Shown: positions 17,866 through 27,018 of the stretch, piece by piece | Numbering within the stretch: the stretch's first letter is position 1 | Layout of the letters: every line of letters begins with the position of its first letter | From: a bacterium | GTDB lineage: Bacteria > UBA8248 | Reading direction: 5' to 3' | Length of the DNA: 64,000 nt | NCBI GenBank assembly: GCA_965207065.1 | Contig: OZ242260.1 | Coordinates: forward strand, 960,001-1,024,000 | Translations under genes and position numbers: made by a program | Notes under the pieces: generated by a model | Seen by the model: the letters and a program-made list of their open reading frames with translations, nothing else | Told to the model about the DNA's origin: nothing | The model's database searches: none

Positions 17866-18030
17866 GGGCTTGTTGAAAAAGACCTTGTTTTCCCACGGTC
17901 GGCGACATGATGATCCCGTAGGGACAGGCCTCCGTGCCTGTCCTGGTTGTAAACATCCCGCAAAAGGACAACCACGGAGGGTTGTCCCTACACTGCCAAT
18001 CCTCCATCATCAAGGTTTTTCAACAACCCC
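17866..18030. mobile_element. 165-bp MITE-like element with IS1182-type ends enclosing an inverted pair of GTAG REPs
   Basis: Ends GGGCTTGTTGAAAAA (17866-17880) and TTTTTCAACAACCCC (18016-18030). REPs at 17918-17943 (+) and 17966-17991 (-). Confidence 0.7.
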
Positions 18031-18066
18031 CACTGTCCGGGAGTATACGGTATCAGTTGAACCGGG

Positions 18067-18858
18067 CTATCCCCCGGATTCGAATATCTTGGTGCTTTCC
18101 TTTGCGATCAGGTCCAGGCACCCCGCCTTGGTCTCCATGAAGACCCGGGAAGTCAGCATCGTCCGCGCCCGCGGCCGGGGTAGAGGCACTTTTAGCTCCT
18201 GGATGATTCTGCCCGGCTGCACCCCCATGATGAAAATTCGGTCCGCCATCAGAATCGCTTCGTCCACGTCGTGGGTAATGAAGAGCATGCTCATCTGGTG
18301 CTCTTCCCAGAGCTTGAGCAGCCATTCCTGCATGAGGAGCCGGGTCTGGGCGTCGAGCGCCGCGAAAGGTTCGTCCATCAGGAGGATCTCCGGGTTGTTG
18401 ATGAGAACACGGGCGATGGAGACCCGCTGCCGCATCCCTCCCGAGAGTTCGTCCGGGTGATGGCGCTCAAAACCCGTGAGACCCACGCGCTTCACGAATT
18501 CGTGCGCGCGGGGGAGGAATTCCTTCCTGGCCACGCCCCGGACCTTGAGCGCGAAGGCGATGTTGTCTTCCACGGTAAGCCAGTGAAACAGGAAGTGTTC
18601 CTGAAAAACGACGCCGCGCTCAGGACCTGGCTTCGTGATGGGGCGTCCTTCGATGAGCGCCTTGCCTTCGGTGGGCAGGATGAACCCCGCGATGATGTTC
18701 AAGATGGTGGTTTTGCCGCACCCGCTCGGGCCCAGGAGGGCGACGGTCTCCCGGTCTTCGATGCCGAAGGAAACGTCCTTCAGGGCCACCGTCTCCCGTC
18801 CCTGTCTGGGGTCTTCGAAGATTTTGGTGACTCTCTCGAGCCGGACTTTCTCCGTCAT
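18067..18858 (-). CDS. ABC transporter ATP-binding protein (TauB/SsuB/NrtD-like)
   Basis: Motifs GPSGCGKT, LSGGMRQR, MDEPFAALDAQTR and THDVDEA. Confidence 0.93.
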   Translation of the reverse strand: MTEKVRLERVTKIFEDPRQGRETVALKDVSFGIEDRETVALLGPSGCGKTTILNIIAGFILPTEGKALIEGRPITKPGPERGVVFQEHFLFHWLTVEDNIAFALKVRGVARKEFLPRAHEFVKRVGLTGFERHHPDELSGGMRQRVSIARVLINNPEILLMDEPFAALDAQTRLLMQEWLLKLWEEHQMSMLFITHDVDEAILMADRIFIMGVQPGRIIQELKVPLPRPRARTMLTSRVFMETKAGCLDLIAKESTKIFESGG

Positions 18859-18993
18859 CTGAGCAACACCCCTAACCGAGCGTCTTCAGGCGTCCCGCGA
18901 TACGCTGCGAACGGCGACAACGGGGATCTCTGATACGCTCCCCCTCATTCCATCCCCGCCTTTTGCGAACAAACGCTTTTCTCACGATCCGCA

Positions 18994-19746
18994 TCATACC
19001 ACCCTGTAGTGGACGAACATGCGGCGTGAGAGGGCGTGAACGGAGCGATCCAGGCAGAAGCCCATCAAGCTGAGGGTGACGAAGGCGACGAACATCCGCT
19101 CCGTCCTGGTATAGATCTGGGCATCCCAGATCATGAAGCCAACCCCCGATTTCGCGGCGAGCATCTCCGCCGCCACGATGGTCATGAACGCGTTGCTGAG
19201 GGCCAGCTGCAAGCCGGTGACCATGTAGGGAACCGTCTCGGGGACGACGATCCGGAAAAGGACCTGGGGCCCGGTGGCGCCGAGACTCCGGGCGGCCCGA
19301 ATGGCGCCCTCGCGCACCGAGGCGGCCCCCGCCATGGTGTTCACCACCACGATGAAGACCGCCGTGTAGAATATCAGGACGATTTTCGATTCTTCACCGA
19401 AGCCGAACCATATGATGAACAACGTGACCAGGGTCACGGGCGGGACGAAGCGGAAGTATTCCAGAACCGGCAGGGCGAGCGCCCGCACCCAGGGGAGCCG
19501 TCCCATGATGATGCCGAGAAAAGAACCGACGACGGCCCCGAGCGCCCATCCCGAAAGAACCCGGAACAAGCTCATCGTGATATTCCAGGGCAACTCGCCT
19601 GTGAGTGTGATTTCGACCGCCTTCAGCAAGGTGGCCAAGGGGGAAGGGAGGAAGATAGGTGGAAACACGAAGGTGAAACCCCACCAGGCCACCAGGAATA
19701 TGGCCACAGAAAGGGTGTAAATCGCAACAACTCCCCCGATCCTCAA
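18994..19746 (-). CDS. ABC transporter permease (TauC/SsuC-like)
   Basis: Motifs LPSP, WFGFGEESK, AARSLGA and AAEMLAAKSG. Confidence 0.9.
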   Translation of the reverse strand: MRIGGVVAIYTLSVAIFLVAWWGFTFVFPPIFLPSPLATLLKAVEITLTGELPWNITMSLFRVLSGWALGAVVGSFLGIIMGRLPWVRALALPVLEYFRFVPPVTLVTLFIIWFGFGEESKIVLIFYTAVFIVVVNTMAGAASVREGAIRAARSLGATGPQVLFRIVVPETVPYMVTGLQLALSNAFMTIVAAEMLAAKSGVGFMIWDAQIYTRTERMFVAFVTLSLMGFCLDRSVHALSRRMFVHYRVV

Positions 19747-19777
19747 ATCTCCCGTTCCCCCTTTCGCCCGCTTCGTT

Positions 19778-20776
19778 CTAGTTCGGGAAGTCCGTCACCC
19801 TGGAGGCGTCCACCGCCCGGAGGAAGCTCGAATCGATAATTTTCTTCCAGTCCGGAATCTGCTTGATGTGACCCAGCTTCTTCTTGAACGCGGATACCTC
19901 CTGCAGGGTATCGAAGTAACTCTTGTCGAGCCAGATTTTCAGTTTGTAGTCGTTCAGCGCGGCCTTGGCGTCCGCCGCGCTGGAGCGGGTGACCTTCTGG
20001 AACGCGGCCGCCGCCGCTGCGGGATCCGCGTTGGCCATATCCGTCGCCTCGATCAGAGCACGGAGGAAGCGATTCAGGGTTTTGGGCTTCTCCCTGGCGA
20101 ACCCCCGCCGGACCGTCAAGTGGAAGTTGGGCTCGTAGTCACTGGCCTTGCTTGCGGCCAGGATGTGGAGGGCATCCCCCTTGATCTTCATCACCTTGCG
20201 CGGCCAGGGCTCCCAGAACCACATGGCTTCCACGGCGCCCTTCACCATCGTGGGGGCGGCTTCGGGCGGGGGGAGGTTGACGTGATCCAGCTTCTTGTAG
20301 TCGATACCCCTGTTCCCGAGGAACTTGATGAACCCGAACTCTCCGCCGGTTCCGCCCATCCAGGTCACTTTCTTTCCGATGAGATCCCCGGGGCTCTTGA
20401 TCGACTTTTTGGCCACCAGCTTCATGCTCTCGTTGCCCTGCGCCGTCGCGGCCACGATGATGGCGTCGATCCCCTTGGCGATGTTGGAGATGGTGGGCGG
20501 ATCGCTCTGAAAGGAGATGTCCAACTGGCCGCTGCCGATGGCCCGCAGGCCCACCAAGGCGGTGTGGCCCATGGTGTTGGTGGTCTTGAGTCCGTGCTTC
20601 TTGAAAATCCCCTTGTCCTCGGCCAGCCAGTAGGGTATCCCCAACGAAGTAGGCTCGGTCGAAAAGCGAACCGCCCCATCGTCGGCCGCCCACGCCGGAC
20701 CGAAACCGGCCGCAAGGAAAAGGGCCACCACGGTCATTCCGACAAATTCCCGTATCCAGCTTCTTTCACGCATCAT
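19778..20776 (-). CDS. ABC substrate-binding protein (TauA/SsuA/NMT1-like)
   Basis: Signal peptide ending AWA, LAEDKGIFKKHGL and WEPW. Lies within the ABC operon. Confidence 0.88.
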   Translation of the reverse strand: MMRERSWIREFVGMTVVALFLAAGFGPAWAADDGAVRFSTEPTSLGIPYWLAEDKGIFKKHGLKTTNTMGHTALVGLRAIGSGQLDISFQSDPPTISNIAKGIDAIIVAATAQGNESMKLVAKKSIKSPGDLIGKKVTWMGGTGGEFGFIKFLGNRGIDYKKLDHVNLPPPEAAPTMVKGAVEAMWFWEPWPRKVMKIKGDALHILAASKASDYEPNFHLTVRRGFAREKPKTLNRFLRALIEATDMANADPAAAAAAFQKVTRSSAADAKAALNDYKLKIWLDKSYFDTLQEVSAFKKKLGHIKQIPDWKKIIDSSFLRAVDASRVTDFPN

Positions 20777-20972
20777 AGGTCATCCTCCTCTTTTCACAGG
20801 GGTGAAATTGCATGAGGCAACGCATCGCGATTGAAACCCGGCGCATCCGTTTGCGCCGGTGCTGGAGCTGAATGGAAGCGAAAACCCGGTTCTGGTTCGT
20901 GAGCGAAGTGCGGAAGGGTTCCAGAATGAAATCATGTTCATCCCTCCCGTCCTGACCGGCTTCCGGTCCGGT

Positions 20973-21728
20973 TCACACCACACGGTAGCGGGAGAGGAAC
21001 CGGTAGGCGAGGAACCGGAACACCCGATCGGTGGCCAGTCCCAGGAGACCCAGGCCGAGGAAGCCGACAAAAATCTGATCGGTCAGCATGAAATTTCTTG
21101 CAGACCAAATAAGGTATCCCATTCCCGAACGAGCGGCAAGCATTTCCGCCGCAGCGATAACGATGAACGCGTTTCCCATGGCCATCCGCATGCCCGTCAC
21201 GATGTAGGGCACCGTTTCGGGCACGACCACCTGGAGCAGGACCTGGGTTTCCGTCGCTCCCAGACTTCGGGCGGCGCGCAGGACACCCGGGGGCGCGCTC
21301 AAGGTTCCGGCCATGGTGTTGATGACGATCACGAAAAAAGAGGTGTAGAAAACGAGCATGACCTTCGAGGCTTCACCGAGTCCGAACCAGACGATGAAGA
21401 TGCCCACGAACGAGATGGGCGGAATGTAGCGCAATCCCTGGATGTAGGGGGTGGCGAAGGCGCGAACGCCGGGCAGCCAGCCCATGAGCAGGCCCAGGGG
21501 AATTCCCAGCGCGCACCCCAGCAGCCAGCCGCCCATGATCCGGCCCAGGCTCATCAGGATGGATTCCTGGAGAAAGCCCGTGCCCGCCAGCTCGACCGCC
21601 GTCATGACGGTGAGCCAGGGTGAGGGAACAAAGAGGGGATGGGAGAACTCCGACACTACCCACCAAGCGCAGATGAAGAGGGAAAACCCCAGGACGGAGA
21701 GCATCCCCGACCACCCTTTGTCCCGCAT
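20973..21728 (-). CDS. Second ABC permease (TauC/SsuC-like)
   Basis: Paralogous to 18994-19746, sharing VVPETVPY, AAEMLAA and terminal YRVV. Confidence 0.9.
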   Translation of the reverse strand: MRDKGWSGMLSVLGFSLFICAWWVVSEFSHPLFVPSPWLTVMTAVELAGTGFLQESILMSLGRIMGGWLLGCALGIPLGLLMGWLPGVRAFATPYIQGLRYIPPISFVGIFIVWFGLGEASKVMLVFYTSFFVIVINTMAGTLSAPPGVLRAARSLGATETQVLLQVVVPETVPYIVTGMRMAMGNAFIVIAAAEMLAARSGMGYLIWSARNFMLTDQIFVGFLGLGLLGLATDRVFRFLAYRFLSRYRVV

Positions 21729-21801
21729 GCTCTCCTCCCCCCAAGCTTCGCGCCCCGTGACGAGACGGCTACCGCAATCCGGATGAGGATAAGATATGTA
21801 G

Positions 21802-21822
21802 TATGGAACCAAATGTACCATA
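21802..21822. promoter_or_regulatory. Imperfect palindrome in a divergent promoter region (candidate operator)
   Basis: TATGGAAC-CAAAT-GTACCATA in an AT-rich patch between the divergent permease and SDR genes. Confidence 0.4.
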
Positions 21823-22024
21823 TTCAATCGACAGGAAAAATCCACTAGAATGCGAGGATTGACGCCGCCTCGGCTCCAGTGCCGTTTGCGGCTTCACCCA
21901 GGCGGCGCGGCCGCAATGCCCGGCCGGGCACCTCTTTCGTCAGCCGGAGAACCGGAGCGTAAACGGAGGCCCGGCCCGACGGGGTTCGATTCCATTCCGG
22001 AAGGCGTTTCACAGGAGGAAAAAC

Positions 22025-22789
22025 ATGGATTCATTCATGAACTTCGAAGGGCAGGACGTCATCGTGACCGGCGGAGCGACCGGGGTGGGGGAGGCGAGCG
22101 CGCGCCTGTTCGCCGGGCGGGGTGCTTCCGTCGCCATCCTCGACATCAACGGCGAGGGAGCGGAGCGCGTCGCCGCCGAGGTTCGAGCGGGCGGAGGAGA
22201 CGCGCAGGCGTTCCAAGTGGACCTCACCGATTCGGACGCCACCCGGGCCGCCGTCGGGGCGGTCCACAACCGGCGCGGGCGCATCGACGTGCTCGCCCAC
22301 GTGGCCGGCGGGTTCCCGGAATTCTGCGGCCTTCTCGACTGTCCGCTGGAGACGTGGGACCCGATGGTGGCGAGCAACATGAAATCGATGTTCATCCTGC
22401 TCCAGGCGGTCGCGCCGTACATGATGGATGCGCGCTACGGCCGCGTCGTCTGCTTCTCCAGCCTGGCCGCACGCAGCGCGGTCAACCCGAACCCGCCCCA
22501 CTACACCGCGGCGAAAGCCGGCGTTCTCGGCCTGGCGCGCCAAGTGGCGGGCGAGCTGGGCCCCCACGGCATCACCGTAAACGCGATCGCGCCCGCCAAC
22601 GTGGCCACCCCGAGCACCATGGCCATCCGCAAACCCGAGCGCATCCGGCACATCGAAGAAGTGACGCCCATCGGCCGCTTGTGCCAGCCCGAAGAGGTCG
22701 CGGCGGCGGTGATATTCCTGTGCAGCCGGGAGGCCGGCTACATCACCGGCGTGACCCTCGACGTGAACGGGGGGGCGGCGATGATATAG
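22025..22789 (+). CDS. SDR family oxidoreductase
   Basis: TGGATGVG, YTAAKAG and DVNGG motifs. RBS AGGAGG. Confidence 0.9.
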   Translation: MDSFMNFEGQDVIVTGGATGVGEASARLFAGRGASVAILDINGEGAERVAAEVRAGGGDAQAFQVDLTDSDATRAAVGAVHNRRGRIDVLAHVAGGFPEFCGLLDCPLETWDPMVASNMKSMFILLQAVAPYMMDARYGRVVCFSSLAARSAVNPNPPHYTAAKAGVLGLARQVAGELGPHGITVNAIAPANVATPSTMAIRKPERIRHIEEVTPIGRLCQPEEVAAAVIFLCSREAGYITGVTLDVNGGAAMI

Positions 22790-23310
22790 CGTCGCCCCGA
22801 TATTCGGGCCTGAGCCGCGAGGAACACGCAATTGCCCGCATTTGCCGTCACGGCGTTATTGCATGGATGCGGGAAGATGCGCCGCGAGGAGGGCGTTCTC
22901 ATGCGCTCGGGCTGTGCGGAAAAACGCAACGAACGATTCGGCTTCCGGCGGGGCGATTTACCCTTCTTCGGGGACGCGCCGACAGCAATCGCTCCGTTAT
23001 CCGTCCCGGCAATCGGTCGGCGATTCCTCTTTCCGCAATCGGCGCACAGAAATCGCTCCCCGCTCGCGTCGGACCCTCCTTCATCCGTCTGGTTCAACGC
23101 TCCCGCATTGGTCGCGTTTTATCCGAACAATACGATAAATATAGATAAATTCACGGGGTTTTTCGATAAATTGATGAAAAGGGTTTCAACTGCAACTTAT
23201 TGTAATGCAACGAATTACATCATAAACCCGAGTGCCGCGCACCAGGATTCAGGCCAAAAATAGTTTTCCGGCTCCCGCGCATTTGCCCGCATTTGCGCGC
23301 AGTGGCCGTC

Positions 23311-24147
23311 TCATCGACCCCGAGGCGCGGCGATGATGTACGTCGGCGCCGGCCGCCCCGGAATCTCAACCCCGCCCCGCACCCACAACTGCGAACTCGA
23401 GCCGCCGTCGAGGTTCATGGCGTCGCGAACCCCGAGGCCGCCCCTCGCTTCGGGCAGCACGAGATACTCCTGAAGCTCGCACCAGGAGATGCCGCGCGTC
23501 TCGGCCTCGCTCACCAGAACGACGAGCCGGCCCTTGGCGTCGAGGCCGACCACCGTCCTCCTCGTGGCGCGCAGATACTCCCGGTACCGGGACAATCCCT
23601 GAACGGGCTTGTAATCCTTCACGAGCAGAGGCCCGGCCTGAAACGCTTCTTTGACGCGCGAATCCTCGAAATTCTCGCGGGAAACGATATTCGGCCGACC
23701 CTCCGTCCGCCCCACCGTGAACAGCGCTCCGTAATGCAGGAAGGTATTGCGCCCCCGGTACAACACGCGGCTGTTGAACACTTTTCCGCCGGAGCGGAAA
23801 TACCCCAGGGGACGCCCGTTTTCATCATAATAGCCGGCGTTGAGAATAACGGCGGCGCTCAGCTTTTCGCCGAGAGCACCAAAGTCTATGGGCAAGGACC
23901 AATCTGTTTTGTCGCGCCAGTGGAGCCTGATTTGAAACTCTCTGTGCTCCAGACGAATCGCCTTCATGCGTGCGGTCGCGCCGTTTTCGAACCGGATGCG
24001 TACGTCCCGCGTATTCAATGGCTGGGATTGACTCCGGGTCCATCGGTCATCACCCACGGGATGGCCTTTGAGGGGGCAATCGGATGCGGCCTGCGCCGTT
24101 TGAGCGACCAGGATAAAGCCCAAAATCAACAACAGCAAACGCTTCAT
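23311..24147 (-). CDS. Secreted phosphodiester glycosidase (NAGPA-like) family protein
   Basis: Signal peptide, LNAGYY, QAGPLLV, RTVVG and AMNLDGGSSS. Confidence 0.85.
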   Translation of the reverse strand: MKRLLLLILGFILVAQTAQAASDCPLKGHPVGDDRWTRSQSQPLNTRDVRIRFENGATARMKAIRLEHREFQIRLHWRDKTDWSLPIDFGALGEKLSAAVILNAGYYDENGRPLGYFRSGGKVFNSRVLYRGRNTFLHYGALFTVGRTEGRPNIVSRENFEDSRVKEAFQAGPLLVKDYKPVQGLSRYREYLRATRRTVVGLDAKGRLVVLVSEAETRGISWCELQEYLVLPEARGGLGVRDAMNLDGGSSSQLWVRGGVEIPGRPAPTYIIAAPRGR

Positions 24148-24202
24148 GGCGAAAAGCCCCTCGACGTCGCCGACCCCACTTTGAAATGATCAGCAATAAT
24201 GA

Positions 24203-25813
24203 CTAGAAACCAGCCGCGCATCCGTCTCTTCGATGATCGGATCCACCCATGAATACGCCATCATCGAGTTGCACGATTCCCTGCCCGCCGCCAAAACCCT
24301 CATAGCCGCCTGCGCGGCGGACATCGTGGCCACGCGATTCCAACTCCCGGAGCACGGCTTCCGGCACACCGCTCTCTATCGCTACCGCACGACCGCCCAA
24401 AACGCGAAAACGGGGCGCTTCGATAGCCTCCTGGATGTCCATGCCGAAATCCACCATGTTCGAGAGAACCTGCACATGGCCTTGCGGCTGCATATCGCCT
24501 CCCATGACGCCGAAACTCATCCAGGGTTCTCCATCTTTCATCACGAAACCGGGAATGATGGTGTGCAGGGGCCGCTTCCCGGACGCGATACAGTTCGGAT
24601 GGCCTTCTTCCAGCACAAAGCCGCTACCCCTGTTCTGAAGCATGATACCCGTCTCACCACCGGTGATGCCCGAGCCGAAATGATGAAACAAGCTGTTGAT
24701 GAACGAGCACATGTTCCCTTGTGAATCCGCCACGGTGAGATATATCGTATCGTTCCAGTTTTTGGGATTTCCTGGTCCGGGACTGCCGGCTTTTTTTTCA
24801 TCGATGAGCCTCCGCCTCTCATCGGCATATTCCGCGGATAAAAGTCCAGCCAAGGGCACATCCGCCTTGGCCATATCCGCGACATAGCGATCTCTGTCCG
24901 CAAAGGCGAGTTTCATGGCTTCGATCACGATGTGGAGATGATCGGCTGAGCCGTAGCTCATCTCCCCCAAATGATACGCGTCGATGAGATTCAGGCATAC
25001 CAGCGCCGTGACCCCCTGCCCCGAGGGCGGTATTTCGCAGAGTTCATAGCCTCGATATTTCGCTCGAATCGGCTCCACCCATTCGGATTTCATTGCAGCG
25101 AAATCCTCGAGTTCGAACAAACCTCCGATTTCCTTGGTGTAGCGAACGATCTCCTCGGCTATCGGGCCTTCATAGAAAGCCTCACGTCCGCCATCGGCTA
25201 TCGTTCGCAAGGATACGCCCAGCTTCTGGTTTCGGAATCTTTCTCCAACCTTAGGTGGCCGCTCAGCGGGCAGATAGAACCGACTCGAGAATTCACATTT
25301 TTTCAGTTTTTCCGTCTGATTGGCCCATGCACGGCTGATGATGGGTGAAAGAGGAAACCCATCTTCCGCATATTGAATCGCCGGCTGAAGAAGCTCCGAC
25401 ATTGTTTTCTTGCCGCTGCCGCATCGCTCGTGGGCGGCGAACCAGCCATCCACAGCACCCGGGAGGGTACACGAATAAATACCCGTCTCCGGCATGGAAG
25501 AAAATTCCTGGTATCGCGATAGTGTCGCCTTGGCCGGACTCTTTCCGCTGCCGTTCAGGCCCAGGAGCTTCTTCGCATCGGCATCCCAATACAGCATGAA
25601 CATATCCCCGCCAACACCCGTGGATTGCGGCTCCACAACATTCAACGCTGCGGCTGTTGCGATTGCCGCGTCCATGGCGTTTCCGCCTTCTTTGAGGATT
25701 TGGAGACCAGCCTCGGCAGCCAAGGGCTGGCTGGTCGCTACCAAGCCTCCCGTGGCGAATACGGGGGAGCGTCCTGCGGCTAAAGATGTTCTTGTGGTCG
25801 GCTCTTTCAACAT
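24203..25813 (-). CDS. ggt: Gamma-glutamyltransferase family protein
   Basis: GGNAMDAAIA, VVEPQSTGVGGD, nucleophile DTIYLTVAD, KRPLHTIIP and GVMGGDMQPQG. Confidence 0.9.
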   Translation of the reverse strand: MLKEPTTRTSLAAGRSPVFATGGLVATSQPLAAEAGLQILKEGGNAMDAAIATAAALNVVEPQSTGVGGDMFMLYWDADAKKLLGLNGSGKSPAKATLSRYQEFSSMPETGIYSCTLPGAVDGWFAAHERCGSGKKTMSELLQPAIQYAEDGFPLSPIISRAWANQTEKLKKCEFSSRFYLPAERPPKVGERFRNQKLGVSLRTIADGGREAFYEGPIAEEIVRYTKEIGGLFELEDFAAMKSEWVEPIRAKYRGYELCEIPPSGQGVTALVCLNLIDAYHLGEMSYGSADHLHIVIEAMKLAFADRDRYVADMAKADVPLAGLLSAEYADERRRLIDEKKAGSPGPGNPKNWNDTIYLTVADSQGNMCSFINSLFHHFGSGITGGETGIMLQNRGSGFVLEEGHPNCIASGKRPLHTIIPGFVMKDGEPWMSFGVMGGDMQPQGHVQVLSNMVDFGMDIQEAIEAPRFRVLGGRAVAIESGVPEAVLRELESRGHDVRRAGGYEGFGGGQGIVQLDDGVFMGGSDHRRDGCAAGF

Positions 25814-25846
25814 CCACTCCTTCACGAGATGCAAATTTGTACCGTT

Positions 25847-26914
25847 TTATGAGTCACATAGTTTCGCCTGTTCTCTATCCCGGAGAAAAACCATCCCCTT
25901 GACAGGCCCGCCACAAAACGAGGCCAACGCATCCGGCCCTACGATACATCTTTCCAAAATGGAATTCTCATCAATCATCCCGCCCGGAAAGACGATGGAT
26001 TTTCGCGCCTCGGCATTGTTTCCAAGAGTAGCACCCGCCATGATTGTAGTGAAGGGGCCCGCCTTCGCATCTTTTTTGATCACAACATCGGGGCCAATTA
26101 ACACGGGAGGCTCAATGCTGCCCTGCCCCCACTTCATGGATGGGCCTTCAATCAGCAAAAACCCCTTTGGCGGCCAACAGAAATCCGGCGCCAATGAGCC
26201 GGACATGACGTCCATGTTCGCCTGCAAATACCGTGACGGAGTGCCGACATCCATCCAATATGAATCACTCAAAACCGCTCCGATTCGCGCGTCGTTCTCC
26301 ATCAACCAGGGATAAATTTGTGTGGAAATATCTGACGCCACTCCCGAAGGGATATGACTCAACATTTCTGGAGACATGATGCTCAAACCGGTGAACATCG
26401 CTTGGTGCAGTGCGCCTTGTGGCATCCCTGGCGCGCTCGCGTTTAAAAATTTTCGCAAACGACCTGCCTCATCAAACTCGAGCACCCCATATTTTTGAGC
26501 CTCGGGTGACCGTCTAAGGATGAGCGTGGCGAGGAAATCTCCTTTTTGATGATGGGCCAGCGCAGCTTTTAAATCAGCACCACACGGGGCATCCGCGTTT
26601 ATGACGAAAAAAGGCTCGTCCTTTTCGCTCAAAAACGCCTCCGCGTTCTTGAGCCCTCCGGCAGTGCCTAAAATCTCAGGTTCTTGGAAATACTGGATAT
26701 GGACACCGTGCGCATAATCGTCCAAGGCGGAGCGAATTTTCTCTGCTCCATGGTGTAAATTGACCGCTGCCTCCTTAACGCCGATAGAAGCTAATTTTTC
26801 GAGCGCAAAGCAGATGAGCGGCACTCCGCCCAAAGGCAATAGTGGTTTCGGGATATCCTCTCCCAATGCCCCCAACCTTTTGCCATAACCAGCCGCCATC
26901 ACGAACGCCCGCAT
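25847..26914 (-). CDS. NDP-sugar synthase / nucleotidyltransferase (mannose-1-P guanylyltransferase-like)
   Basis: MAAGYGKRL, PKPLL, LGTAGG, WMDVGTP and a C-terminal left-handed beta-helix. Confidence 0.85.
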   Translation of the reverse strand: MRAFVMAAGYGKRLGALGEDIPKPLLPLGGVPLICFALEKLASIGVKEAAVNLHHGAEKIRSALDDYAHGVHIQYFQEPEILGTAGGLKNAEAFLSEKDEPFFVINADAPCGADLKAALAHHQKGDFLATLILRRSPEAQKYGVLEFDEAGRLRKFLNASAPGMPQGALHQAMFTGLSIMSPEMLSHIPSGVASDISTQIYPWLMENDARIGAVLSDSYWMDVGTPSRYLQANMDVMSGSLAPDFCWPPKGFLLIEGPSMKWGQGSIEPPVLIGPDVVIKKDAKAGPFTTIMAGATLGNNAEARKSIVFPGGMIDENSILERCIVGPDALASFCGGPVKGMVFLRDREQAKLCDS

Positions 26915-27018
26915 TACACTTACCTCACTTGCAGCCGGAAACATTGTTCTCTTTTGCTTCGAGAGCAAAACAAAACCGGGCATTGCAATCCGCCCGGTTC
27001 GTTTAATTTTCCTTATGA

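Noticed and set aside
22985-23057. GCAATCG recurrences as a mini CRISPR-like array
   Set aside because: The repeat is only 7 nt with irregular spacing, and there are no cas genes.
22738-23263. ORFs of 119-143 aa in the convergent gap
   Set aside because: No RBS/start combination or protein-like motifs. Treated as non-coding.
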